64,000 bases of DNA from the human T2T-CHM13v2.0 reference genome, Homo sapiens. The notes below the pieces were generated by a model. It made no database searches, was not told the origin of the DNA, and saw only the letters and a program-made list of their open reading frames with translations. The DNA lies in NCBI RefSeq assembly GCF_009914755.1, contig NC_060940.1; one strand, written 5' to 3'. Shown here piece by piece: positions 23,036 to 36,409 of the stretch (positions within the stretch are counted from its first letter, which is position 1; every line of letters begins with the position of its first letter). The translations under genes were made by a program, and so were the position numbers.

Positions 23036-23366
23036 CAAGAACTTGCAATGTAATCATAGGAATAAGTGACAAAGACATACATTAACCGCATGTAAACAGC
23101 TGGGCACTAAACAATCGCAGAAATGGTGTGAGTGACTAGCATGATTCTAGGCAGATGTGGTTAATGAAAATCATAAAAGGCTCAATATGGAATCCACCTT
23201 AAAGTGTATCTCTTTCAAGTCCTTCATTCTATTGGCAACAAGAGTGAGAAACACAGAAGTTAGGGCACAATAAATTAGTGACAGACCTGACATTGTAATC
23301 CAGGGACTCTGGGTGTCAGGGTTGGGAGGGTCCAATCTGAAGCAGTCATCAGAAGAAGAAAATGGA

Positions 23367-23368
<2 letters not shown>

Positions 23369-23435
<67 letters not shown>

Positions 23436-23445
23436 CGCGCGCGTG
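23369..23445. repeat. Compound microsatellite (GA)n(GT)n(GC)n
   Basis: Directly visible. Confidence 0.98.
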
Positions 23446-24066
23446 CCTATTTGTATGTGACAGAGGTGGCAAATACAGGGATGTCCATATGCGGATACTA
23501 TCTCCAACACGCCCAGGGACAGAGGCTAGCAAGTGAACATGGCATGATTTGTTACATAAATAGAGAACAACACAAAGGATGGGAGAAAACCTAGGGAACT
23601 GGATAATGGGAGAAATGGTGAACAATATACGAACAACTACATTCCTGAATTTCAAGAGATAATTGGAAGCCATTTCAAAATTACAAAGAAAAAGTGCTTT
23701 GCATGATCAAAACTTATCTTGTTGATAAATCTTGCTCCTGCAAGTAGGACAGATTAAAGGTGGAAAAATCTGCAGTCGTGAGAAAGCCAGAAATAGGACT
23801 GTTGCTGTGAACTGGACATATGGTTGGGAAACAGGAATCCCATAAGGATTTTCATGAAAAAATAAATGAGCAACTCTGAAGATTTTACTCAATACACAAG
23901 GATGAAGGAATTTTTTTTTAATCTCAGAACACAAGTTGGTAACTCAAATAAAATACTGGCGGTATAAATTTGGATTTTAGAAAGTTCTTACATGTGCTGA
24001 CAATTTGCAAAATTTTTGAATGCCTATTGAATAATTGAACCAAGCAGACTCAGTACTTTCTTTTAG

Positions 24067-24085
24067 TTGGCAGTGAGTCTCCCAG
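24067..24085 (+). pseudogene. 19-nt microexon, copy A (LAVSLP in phase 0)
   Basis: 'actttcttttag|ttggcagtgagtctcccag|gtaagg'. Confidence 0.5.
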
Positions 24086-25181
24086 GTAAGGATATAACAT
24101 CAAGAGAGCAAAATATCCAATTATAACATTAATTGGTCAGGGCCAGACACAGAGAGATTGCCATATTTTGAATATAACAATTATCTTCAAATGCTTGAAT
24201 TCCTAAACCTATTAAAAATATCGAATATCAAAGCTTAACTTGGTCAATTTTTTTGAAAGACTATTTTGGTCAAAATATAGTTTATTTTATACCCATAGTT
24301 TTTAAAAATTGGAAAGTAATAACAGCCTTTCCTACACTACTCTGATACTGTGGAATCATCCTCAAGATTATCAGAAATTGCCTGTAGCTCCATGAGGCTA
24401 ATGTTGCTCTTTATGGGACATAAAGCTGCTTTAGCATCAGGTTTATTGCAGAAAGCAGCTTGAAGAGACATATTTGCCCTGCTTAAGCCTTTAAAAACTT
24501 ACAAAAATAGCAAGTGCATCTCATCTGGCTCTATTGAAATAACATCCCTGAAAAGAAAAAGCATTTCAACAAGCCTGAAAAACAAATGCCTCCCCAGAGA
24601 TCAGGCTGCTCTTTGTAGAGAAGACTTTTTGTCAAAGCTCTTGGGGAGTTTTATGTAGAACCAGATGGGGCAAATTTTTCCTTTTATTGCCTTCACCTCT
24701 AATTGATGGGTATCCAGAGAAAGCCTGATTCATAAAGTGCGGGAGACCATCTTCATCTACACTCTTTAAGTTCTTTGGAAGAGGTTTATTTTCAGGAAGT
24801 CTAGTCCATTGACAAGAGTACAATCAATGCAATTAAAATGAACAAATCGCTTTGCAAATCACCACCTCTAGTTTCCACGAGCCTCCTCTTAAAATCCATG
24901 AATGCTTTTATGGCCTTCTACTTTTCTCTATGGAATTCAAATTGCTAAACATTCATGAAAGTGTAGATAAGTTGGAGATAAATCCAACCTTTAAGATCAA
25001 TGCATGAAACTACTCTTAAAATCCAATCTTTGTCCCCAGTTCTTACCTTTGGGAGTAAACTATTTCAAATTATTACTGGACAGGATTGCCTCATTTGTGC
25101 TTCCCTTTATCTCTGTTGTTTAAGTCAACCCTCAAGGAAGTATCAATAATTATCAAAGAAACCTCCAAGTTAACATAGAAA

Positions 25182-25230
25182 TACACACAGACACACACAC
25201 ATACACACATACACACACACACATATATAT
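25182..25230. repeat. Imperfect (CA)n/(TA)n microsatellite
   Basis: Directly visible. Confidence 0.9.
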
Positions 25231-25367
25231 GTGGCAAATGCTGTCTGCCCCTAGCACATGACCTCTTTTTTTAAATCTAAGAACACAAGTTGGTAACTCA
25301 AAATGCTAGTGGTATAAATTTGGATTTTAGAATAAGAAAATAAACTCTAAATTTAACTTTCTTTTAG

Positions 25368-25386
25368 ATGGTAGTGGATGTCCCAG
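25368..25386 (+). pseudogene. 19-nt microexon, copy B (MVVDVP in phase 0)
   Basis: 'actttcttttag|atggtagtggatgtcccag|gtaaga'. Confidence 0.55.
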
Positions 25387-25414
25387 GTAAGAATATAATA
25401 TAAAGACCACAGCA

Positions 25415-25742
25415 CATGGCAAAATTGTCCTATTGACTCTGCAGCCCCTACGTGGAAGACCAATTGAAAGTTCTGTGAAAGAAGGATGAAAAGGAATTTC
25501 AGGATAAATGTCTCATCCCCATTGTCCCTGGGTTGGATAATTCTGAGATCTGTCACTGAATCTCAGTGTTTCTGCACAGGCTCAGCTTCTATACCCTAGT
25601 GGCAAGCCACTTCATAAACACTGCCTTTATTGGCTTCCTGCATGTCCCTGCCTCTCTTCCCCTTATCCCCGTCAATGCTCCCTGGAATTACCTTCCAAAT
25701 AAACTACTTGGATTTAAGGTCTGCTTTGGGCAAACTAAAGTT
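25415..25742 (+). mobile_element. LTR16-family (ERVL) LTR
   Basis: 'ggataattctgag...ctttattggcttcct...cctggaattaccttccaaataaactacttg'. Confidence 0.7.
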
Positions 25743-25995
25743 GTTACAATGTTTGTCCATGGAAGCCTGGGTAGGGAAGAAACAGATCAGGGAATACAGA
25801 TGCTGCTCCACCCCTAATCGCTCCTCTGATAACGGCATCCTGAATAGGCAAAAAGCAATCCAGCATGTTATAGGGCATTAGTACATGTGCTCTCCTAAGA
25901 ACTTTCTCCCTTATCTGCAAAGACAGTTCTGATGGACATAGCGGGATGCTATGACATGAATTTCCTTTATCCCTTCCTTCCATTTTTTTGTCCAG

Positions 25996-26062
25996 CTGTC
26001 ACAAGTAACCAAAAGCAGGCCATAAGTGTTCTCAAGCACATCAAAGCCACGTGTTGTGCATG
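25996..26062 (+). pseudogene. Candidate exon (VTSNQKQAISVLKHIKATCCA)
   Basis: About 30-nt pyrimidine tract ending 'tccag', donor 'atg|gtaata'. Phase 1-2, open after either microexon. Confidence 0.45.
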
Positions 26063-26121
26063 GTAATAGAAAATGTTTTTTTGGAAACACAGTATAAACT
26101 TCAGGTTTGGTCCTCAGATTA

Positions 26122-26497
<376 letters not shown>

Positions 26498-27876
26498 GGA
26501 AATTTGAAAATTTACATTAGTTGCCATTTTATATTTGTATAAATCAAGCGAAATTTCTGTAAAGTCTAGGCTGATACCCTTTACAGGTATTGAGGCAAAC
26601 ATTTTCAAAATCTATGTACGTTACCAGAAGTTAACATGAAATAGGAAATCTCTTCAAACCAAAGTCTTCCTTAGACAGGTACATTTTTTTTAGCATTTTT
26701 CGCCATCACTGTCTGGAGATTTACCATTTATCAAGAAAACTAGACTGCCCATAGTTGCTCATGGATAGAATGGACAGTGGGGTAATTTCATCCTAATGCC
26801 TGATGAGGTTCTTGCCCCTCATCAACAGGCTTGGTAGCTCCCAGCTATGACTTCCTTCTTCCAGTGCTTTTCCCCTCTGGCTGAACTTCAAAATCAAAGT
26901 GAAATTTATCTGCTTAATGTAATACCTGCTTTGCCCAATTCATTTATCAATGTTTGGCTGATTTCTTTCCAAGAGGCAGATACTTGGGCATAAATATTTT
27001 CTATTCTATATGTAATATGTAGCCCTGGGTAACTTTCATCAGGGATGGCATTAAGCTCTGCAAAATGATGGACTGTTTTCCTTCACATTACCTTCCTCCA
27101 GGTAAACTACTCTGTAGATTAGTAACTGGTTTTTCTTGATTTATTTTTGAAGGTTACTCCATATTCCTTTACACAATACTTTTCTATGAATTATGCATGC
27201 TACTAAAGTCCAACACCCAGCAAAGGCAGTAGACTATAATTTCTTCTCTTGTAATTTACATCATACCACCATAAATGACTTAAGTTTCTAAATTTTTCAT
27301 TCAGAACATACAGCTTGATACTCAAGTGGGAGGTTTTCAGGCCATCCAATAATACTTCAGTTGAGTACCATTAATTTTATTTTGAATTTGATATTTCTAT
27401 GTTTTAATTATAAACCTTATCTACATACTGAAACATAAATATATAGAACCTACATTGACCCCCAAATATAAAACATCTGAAATATGGGCATTTCCTGTTT
27501 CTTTTCTGAGGCAATAAGGTGAGTTGAGAATCAACAGAAGAGACATGAATGGAAAAAAAAGATAATATCTCTAGGGTTTAAGTTATTTTTATCTTTAATT
27601 ATCACAAATTACCCTGGATTGTTTCTCAAGCCTACATAAATATCACTTTTTTGGCTTTTATTCTTTTTAATGAGGTTCAGAATTTTCTAATTTTAGTACA
27701 ATGAACACATACTATTCTCACATAGCAAATGTTAAGGAAAGTCTTTAAAAGTAAAATACGTTTAAGAACAACAGCAACAACTTCCTAAGAAAAGCTTTAA
27801 TTCAGGCTTCAATTCTACCTCTCATCCCATTTCTCTTTCCTTATGATTTTTGAACATTGATAGGAATAATTGTTGA

Positions 27877-28085
27877 AAGGACACAAAGGCATAAGAATGA
27901 TACAATGGACTTACGGGACTTGGGGGGAAGAGTGGGAGGAGGGTAGGGGATAAAAGACAACAAATATGGTGTAGTGTATACTGCTCGGGTGATGGGTGCA
28001 CCAGGTTCTCACAAATCTCCACTAAAGAACTTGGTCATGTAACCAGTACCACCTGTACCCCAATAACTTATGGGAAAAAAAATTT
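27877..28085 (+). mobile_element. L1PB 3' end
   Basis: 'gatgggtgcaccagg...ccactaaagaactt...cacctgtaccccaataacttatgg' followed by an A-tail. Confidence 0.88.
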
Positions 28086-28507
28086 TTTAAAGGATCAGAA
28101 TATAAAAGTTCTGGAAGATAAGTTTTTTTTTGTTTTGTTTTGTGTTTTTTAAGAAATAAAATAGTATGGGATAGAGAGCACCTCAAGAGTTCACAGGAGA
28201 CCATCTCTTTTACTGATGTGCAGGACAGGCCTAGCCAGTGAGTTAGGTGTGAGTTCAGATCCCAAACAAGACACCAAGGTAACTTACAGGGGGAATGTTG
28301 GGAGGATTCAAGGAAGAAATCAGAGTGGCTAGAATGTTTATTTAGAGAACAACAGAAATTATCTGACAAACTGGGTAAACCACTTGGCATTTTTTGTCTT
28401 TTTCCCTTTTATTGCTTCAATGAACCATGTTTTAGCCTGTACTTGTTATTCTCCATGTTCCTCCATGTACTGTCCATGGAACTTTCTCCTTTAGTTTTAA
28501 AAATCAT

Positions 28508-28822
28508 GGCTGGGCACGGTGGCTCATGCCTGTAATCTCAGCACTTTGGGAGGCCGAGGCAAGCAGATCACGAGGTCAGGAAATTGAGACCATCCTGGCT
28601 AACATGGTGAAACCCCGTCTCTACTAAAAAATACAAAAAATTAGCCAGGTGTGGTGGCAGGTGCCTGTAGTCCTAGCTACTCGGGAGGCTGAGGCAGGAG
28701 AATGGCACGAATCCAGGAGGCAGAGCTTGCGGTGAGCCGAGATCGTGCCACTGCACTCCAGCCTGGGTGACAGAGTGAGACTCTGTCTCAAAAAATTAAA
28801 ATTAAAATTAAAAAAAAATAAA
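28508..28822 (+). mobile_element. AluY-like
   Basis: Diagnostics 'atcctggctaac', 'gaatggc', 'gagcttgc'. Confidence 0.93.
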
Positions 28823-28920
28823 ATTGCGGAAGTTTGGGTTGGTTTTAGTTTTGCTGGTTTTTTACGCCTCTTGAAGAGAGAGGTTTACCAAGAGCACTGC
28901 ATTCTCCAATAAAGCAAATG

Positions 28921-29240
28921 GGCTGGGCTCAGTGGCTCACACAGATAATCCCAGCCCTTTGGGAGGCTGTGGCAGGAGGATCACTTGAGCCCAGAAGTTC
29001 AAGACCAGCCTGGACACCATATTGAAACCTTGTTTCTACAAAAAATATAAAATTAACCGGGGGTGGTGGCGCATGCCTGTAGTCCCAGCTGACATGTGTA
29101 GTCCCAGCTGACATGCAAGGATTGCTTGAGCCTGGGCGTTCAAGGCTGCAGTGAGCTATACTCTTACCACTGCACTCCAGCCTGAGTGATAGAGCAAGAC
29201 TCTCTCCCTTGTACAGTAAAATAAAATAAATAAAAATAAT
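28921..29240 (+). mobile_element. AluJ with an internal 19-bp tandem duplication
   Basis: Alu sequence. 'tgtagtcccagctgacatg' occurs twice at 29078-29115. Confidence 0.93.
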
Positions 29241-30794
29241 AATAAAACAAGGGAAGATGACAGTTCAATGTACATTCAGTCTTTAGTAATTGCTAAAATA
29301 TCTTTGCATCTATTTATAAAAAGAGATAAATCTTTCCATAATTCATCAGAGAGTAGTGGGTTTTAGTAACTGTAGTATAACGTGTAACTCATTTGCTCCG
29401 TGAAGCACTAACTTCCATACAAGTAATTTTTTGTATGTGTGTTGTGTATGTTTATGTGTGTTGGGAGAAAGTCTAGACTCCTTACCCACAAAAAGAAAGT
29501 GAATTCCAGAAAAGGTTTAACTTATCTAGGAAGAGAAGAAAACTAATGCAAATCTTGCTATTAACTTAATGCATCACGAAAATGACTTCACCTAAGTGTT
29601 TTGTGCCATATTTTCTAGCATCTGTAGTATGATTATAATAATAACCTTCTTAGAGAAGAAAATCTTTTTTTCCAAAAATTACACTGCCCTCAATCACGAA
29701 TATTGCTTCAAAATTCATATTTACATTCTGTTTTATAAGGTTATTTTTCTAAATACTTTTTCAACCCAAATGTCATGCAAATGTTTTGAAATCATCACAA
29801 TGAAAAGCACAATGTTCAAGTCTGTAAGAAGGCAACATTCCATTGTAGATGTTCCTTTATTACTTTTTCTTTTCCATGCTTACATTCATAAATTTTTAAA
29901 GTACGCACAGTATCTCCTAAAGAAACATATTTAAATGACGTTTGATTTAGCAATATATTTGAGTGGAATACATGCATTTTTTTTACTCACTTATAGGAAG
30001 ACAAAGATATGGCTTTGTGGAAAAAGACTAATTTCGTCTAAATTCTACATAAATTATGCATTTCCAATAAATCAAAATTTTCTCCATTTTTTTTCATTTT
30101 TGTTGAAAACATTCCACTTTTTACAATACATTTTTGTATTATTACAATGAAAGGGTTTGAACTACAATTACAAAGTTGCACAAGAATATGGTCATTTAAG
30201 AGCTTGATTAATTTTTGTTTTTTAAATTGTAATTGTTTTTTGTCTTAGAGGACTTCATAATTAATTTTCAATTTAAGTGATATTCTTTGGAGGCATCACC
30301 CACAGATTACAAAATGTTATTTCTCTATTTTATAGCCATTAAGGAAATATTTGGAATTTTGAATGAGTGTCTACAAAGAGAAAAGTTGTGAATCACTACT
30401 GACCCTCAGGAAATGAATGAGGCTAGTTGTAGAAAGCTTCATGCAGATAGAAATTATAAATCACTTTCTTATTTTCCAGGTTATAGAAATGCTCTTTAAG
30501 ACCAACTGGAGATGTCAGTATGACTCATGTATATTTTACAGAAGTCAATTTGATATAGAAACCAAATTGACATAGAATTCAATTATACACTCACACATAC
30601 AGACACACACAAGTGTGTGTGGGTGTGTATCTTTTATTACTTACAAAAAGCTATTTATTAAAGTTTACTTTCATAAAAAGACAAAGTCCGGTTCCTTTGT
30701 CACCACAGACAGTGTTTTCAAATGAATCCTATCGTTTTAGCAGACTGTATGATGTTTTCATAACATCGTAGTTAAAGATGCAGGCTTTGGTACA

Positions 30795-31130
30795 GCCATA
30801 TGATGGATACCACCCAGAAATAGAAGAGGAGGGGATGCTTGATTTAGGCAACAACATGGATGGTTCTTAAATGCACTTTTCTAAATGAAAGACACCAAAT
30901 TCAAAAGGCTGTACACTGTATGTCACACTTCATGTGACATTATGGGAAAGGTAAACATACCAAGATCTGTGGTTCCCAAGGGCTGGTTGCCTCTCAAGGG
31001 AGCAGGAGCTGTCTAAAAAGTGGCCACACAAGGGAATTTTTAGGGTGATAGAACTGTTCTATGTGGTACTTTGATGCATATTTGATGCATTTTTTACACC
31101 ACAAGGATAAACTTAACCACGTGCAAACTT
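30795..31130 (+). mobile_element. L1ME 3'UTR fragment
   Basis: 'gcaacaacatggatgg...ctaaatgaaagacaccaaattcaaaaggctgtacactgtatg'. Confidence 0.7.
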
Positions 31131-31186
31131 TTATTACAGTTTTTGATAGCTTTACTGAGGCATAACTGACATAAAAAGACCTGTAC

Positions 31187-32352
31187 ACTTTTCACCATAT
31201 ACAAACATTAACTCAAGATAGATTAAAGAAGAAAACCTAGGAAACACCATTCTGAACATCAGCCTTTGGAAAGAATTTATGACTAAGTCATCAAAAGCAA
31301 TGGCAACAAAACCAAAAATTGACAAGTGGGACTTAATTAAACTAAAGAGCTTCTGCACAGCAAAAGAAACTATAAACAGAGTAAACAGACAACATACAGA
31401 ACGGGAGAAAATATTCACAAACTACATATACAACAAAGTTCTTATTTCCAGAATCTATAAGGAACTTTAACAATTGAACAAGCAATAAATAAAGAACTCC
31501 TTTAAAAACTGAACAAAAGACATAAATGGACACTTCTCAAAAAAAGACTTATGAGCAGCCAACACACATATGAAAAAATGCTCCACATCACTAACCATTA
31601 GAGAAATGCAAATCAAAACCACAATGAGATACCATCTCACACTAGTCAGAATAGCTATTATTAAAAAGTCAAAAAACAACAGATGCTGGCACAGCTGTAG
31701 AGAAAAGGGAACACTTATTCACTGTGTGTAGGAATACAAATTAGTTCAACCACTATGGAAAGCGGTTTGAACATCTCTCAATAAAGTTAAAACAGACCTA
31801 ACATTTGACCCAGCAATCCCATTACTGGGTATATATCCAAAAGAAAATAAATTGTTCTACCAAAAGAACACATGCACTCATATGTTCATCACAGCACGAT
31901 TCATAATAGCGAAGACATGGAATCAACCTAGGTGCCCATCAACTGTGGATTGGATAGAGGAAATGTGGTACCTATACACCATGGAATACTATGCAGCTAT
32001 AAAAAAGAAGAAAATCATGCCCTCTGCAGCAACGTGAATGCCTTTGGAGGCCATTATCTTAAGCAAATTAACGCAGGATCAGAAAACCAGATACTGCAAG
32101 TTCTCATTTATAAGTGGGAGCTAAATATTGGTTACTCACGGGCATAAAGATGGTAACAATAAACACTGGGGACCAATGCAGGGGAGAGAAGAAGGAGGAC
32201 AGGGGTTGAAAACTACCTATTGGGTACAAAGCTCAGTACCTGGGTGACCGGATCAGTTGTACTCCAAACCTCAGCATCACACAGTATACCCAGGTAAAAA
32301 ACCTGCACATGTACCTCCTGAATCTAAAATAAACATTGAAATTATTAAAAAT
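31187..32352 (+). mobile_element. L1PA16/L1PB4-like 3' 1.2 kb (ORF2 end and 3'UTR)
   Basis: ORF2 peptides [19 protein letters not shown] and AKTWNQPRCPS. 3'UTR ends 'cctgaatctaaaataaa'. Confidence 0.93.
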
Positions 32353-32611
32353 AACCTTGAGGACAGATATTCTTTTGCTCTACTTACCTCTGTAGGCAAC
32401 CTAATGTTTTTGTAAAGAAAATACTTGATGCTTATGTAGAATAAATGAATAAATAAAAGATGTGAAGTACTAAAATTACTTAGCCCTTTAATGAAAATAA
32501 CGATATGTGAATTTGAGAAATAAACGATTCTTTAAATCTGAGAATTCACTTAAGCCAAAATAATAGCTACAATCATTTATAGGTAATTCATTTATAATTC
32601 AACATAAAATT

Positions 32612-33258
32612 TTCTTTTTTTAACTTTTAAGTTCAGGGGTACATGTGCAAGTTTGCTATATGGGTAAACTCATGTAATGGGGGTTCAGTGTAAAGATTAT
32701 TTTGTCTCCCAAGTATTAAACCTAGTACTCATTAGTTATTTTTCCTGATCAGCTCCCTCATCCCACCTTCCACCCTCCAGTAGGCCCCAGTGTCTGTTGT
32801 TCCTTTCTTAGTGTCCATGTGTTCTCATCATTTAGCTCCCACTTATAAGTGAGAACATGTAGTATTTGGTTTTCTGTTCCTGCATAATTGCTAAGGATAG
32901 TAGCCTCCAGCTCCATTCATGTTCCTGCAAAGGACATGATCTTGTTCTTTTTTATGGCTGCATAGTATTCCATGGCTTATATGTACCACATTTTCTTTAT
33001 CCAGTCTACCATTTACAGGCATTTAGGTTGATTCCATATTTTTGCTTTTGTGAATAGTGCTGCAGTGAACATATGTATGCATGTGTCTTTATGATAGAAC
33101 AATCTGTATTCCTTTGGGTATATACATAGTAACCTGATTGCTGGGTTGAATGGCAGTTCTGTTTTTAGGTCTCTGAGGAATCACCACACTGCTTTCCACA
33201 ATGGTTGAACTAATTTACACTCCCACCAACCATATATAAGCATTCCTTTTTCTCCCCA
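32612..33258 (-). mobile_element. L1PA13-16-like 3' end
   Basis: Antisense L1 3'UTR and ORF2 end. Approximate TSD ataaaattttc/ataaagttttc. Confidence 0.92.
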
Positions 33259-35585
33259 AATAAAGTTTTCTCATGTGTAGTTTTATCCTCATAAATAGAG
33301 TAGCCATGTGTCTTGGTTTATCCTTGCTCTTCCAGCATACTCGTTGATCTTATCTGGTTTGGCCAACATCTGGCCTGGATTTTCCATATTTTAATCAAGT
33401 ATTACCTTAATACTTGCACTAACATAAGCTAAGCTGGATTTGGTAGATCAGTATTGTCTTTTGAGCTTCTTCCAGAACCTACAAAGGAAGTGTCTGAGTC
33501 ACAGGTGCAGGGAAACAGAGTGCTTATTGAAACGTGGTTAAACCCACAAGACAACTAACTGGCTGGGACCTCTCTCTCTTTTCCAAGCACTTTACAGACA
33601 CCAGTTAATTAACACCTCCCTTTCAAGGACTGCATGCAGGGCACTCAAAGATAAAATTAAGGCTCTGTGACAGGAGCAGGTAGGGACAGCAACCCCATGG
33701 ACTCTTGGACAGTGGTGGGAGGAGGGCACAACGCTCTGCCCCCGCGGGTCACTTGTTGTACCTGATTGCTGTCTGTGTTGGGAGGAGCTCAAAGCAGCTG
33801 GGCTGCCAGGCAGGGGAACAGAGGGGAACATGAGAATGACAGGTTAGGAAATTACAAGTTAGGTATGTGAAATAGGTGTGACAAGACATAAAAGCAAAAG
33901 CTTGAATCCTCTTGCTTCCGAGGTTTTATCATTTATTGCGTGTGCAAATGTCTTTTGTTACTTGGGTATTTTAATGGTTTTTTTTTGTTATGAAATAAAT
34001 CTTTGACACCAGTGAGCTTAAAAATACACATTTAATTTTTAAAACCAAGAAGTTTGATGATGCATGTGTACAGTGTCTAGATTTCATCAACCACAGGAAA
34101 ACCAAGAGATGCAAACTTGCTAAGAAGTATCTATTACAAAGTCAGTTGTTATTTAGAGAAGACAGTGGCCCAAAGTCACAACCCTCATTCAGTTGCAGAA
34201 AGTGCTGAATGTTTCATTTAGATCAAGTAACCGTTTTACTAAATTAATTTTGCTTAGTTTTGATTCCAAATTTTTTGCATACACATAAAAAGTGAAGCGT
34301 TTGCTGTTAATGTTAGCTCTATTTGCCAAATAATAATAATAGAAGTAGTACAGTAGCAATGGTAGCAACAACCCCTTAAATTGAAATGATGCCATTTTAT
34401 ATCAGGGCTATCACATATTTTCAATGCAAAATTACTTGTTACTATATTTCAGTAAATATTCTATTTTTCCATCCAGTTATTGAAATGAAATTTAAGCTTG
34501 GAGAAGTTTATTCAGGTAGAAGCTATCTGTCATTGTTGCAAATAGTTATAAATTCATTAAAATTCATTTTTAAGAAAACATTTTGATTTTGTAGCAATAA
34601 TGCAGTCAGAAATTTTAGTGGAGCATAGCATTTTGGTAAAAGCCACATTCTTAATAAATTAAGAAATGTTAAGATGAGAAATGTACTTAAATTTGGCCAT
34701 GTGGTACATATCATTTATCCATGGCAACCTAACAAGCTGAAGCTTTAGCAGTTTTGGAAATTTTCAAGAACTTGCAATTATCGATGCAAATTTTACAAAG
34801 AGAATAATCACCTTCACAAAATAAAAGACCCAAAATTATTGACAGATGAGAGCTAAAATGGTGTATGAGATTTAGTTCTGTACTTCTATAATCGTGTTTG
34901 AGAATATTGCAAGTTCCTATTTATAACTGGATAAATTTTATATTCTGTGCTGGAACTATATTGAGAAAGCCTATAATTTGGTGAACTATGTGAGTTTGAC
35001 AAAATATTCAAAATAATCACAAGTAGAAACAACTTGTTGACAAGTTTTGTCTGTAAACATATTTGACCAACAAACAACAGTACTTTATATAAGGGCAAAA
35101 AGCCAGTGCCTATGAAAATATTTGGGCTGAAATATTTATATGCTTCAATTGTGAAACAAATAAACTTGAGGATATTTCCCATTTAGCATGATTAGCTCTG
35201 ATTTTACCTGGTGATCAGGCATGTAAATATTTTGAAATGTTTTCCTAAGATTTCAAAATATTGTGGTTTATGTAAAAGAGGCATTTGAGCAATTAAATAC
35301 AATTTTGAAGCAAAATGCAGGCACTTTTCTTTTTAAAAAGTGAAAATAATTTTTAGAAACGAGAATTTAGGAAATAACGATACACATCATTAAGGAGATA
35401 GGTAAGGCACTGACAGAAATACATGAATACAAACCAAGAAACATCCTACTTAGCCTTTTTCTAAATTTTCAAATAACCAACAAACAGGATTTTTGTTTAA
35501 TGTGCATGAATTAAACAATGTGTTATTCTTAGTTTTATGGATACTGTTTTAAGAAAATAGTTTCAACATAAACTATATTATAGAT

Positions 35586-35641
35586 CCAATATAATGACCT
35601 AATAGTATTATTGACTGATAAACTATAGGTCATTATATTGG
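35586..35641. repeat. Short inverted repeat (hairpin)
   Basis: Perfect 15-bp arms ccaatataatgacct / aggtcattatattgg, extending to about 20 bp with one bulge. Confidence 0.9.
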
Positions 35642-36409
35642 CCTAATTTGAGATGTTTAACTATTTTAAATTTTTACTTCAAAGAGTTTTATCTAAAAAG
35701 TTTGGATGATAAATTACTAGAAGAATAAAAACCCTGTGAGGTAACTGTACAACAGATATTGTTTATGTGTGTGATTTGCTTAAAGTCACACAGCCACAAC
35801 ATGAAAGGTCTGGGACTGGAGCCAAGTCCTTGGAGAAGGATTGAGTGAGAATCTACAAACTAAAGGGCAGCATTCCAAGTTCAAGAAACATATGCATTGT
35901 TCTCAACATGCTTCCTCTAGTTAGAATACAAAATAAAGGAAAGAGGGGAAAAAACAAATAACACAGAAGTCTTTGAGAGGTCCAAAATACTAAATTTTAA
36001 ATTAAGGAAGCAATGATATATAAAATAACATAGTGCGGACCAAAAAAGACATAGAGGAAGGCTACTGTTTGGAAGAATTCTGAACCACGTTTTGGAAAGG
36101 GAGGAGAGAGGGGTCCATACCAGAGATCTGGGCTGGAGCACATTGGCTTGGTGGGTGACTGTGTAGATGGATAAATCAGAATCAGCACAATGCCTATACG
36201 AACTGGAGGGTTTCTAATGGCCAGAAGATAGGAGCTTTAAGTGTTGAGTTTGAGATTCGTAAACAGAATGCTAGATTTTAAAGGTTACATTAGAAATGCT
36301 GGATAAAATGGAACTACTACAACCTGTATAAACAGAAAAAAAAGATGTAATGCAATTTGCTATACTTAAATATAATTTACTATATAAATTATATTTGGCG
36401 GTCATTTAT

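Noticed and set aside
27447-27518. Strong donor 'aag|gtgagt' as a further pseudogene exon
   Set aside because: Poor acceptor and stops in all three frames. Cannot be linked to the model.
34477-34515. 39-nt exon-like segment (IEMKFKLGEVYS) reminiscent of FABP 'SFKLGEEF'
   Set aside because: Weak donor, no partner exons, and too short to be significant.
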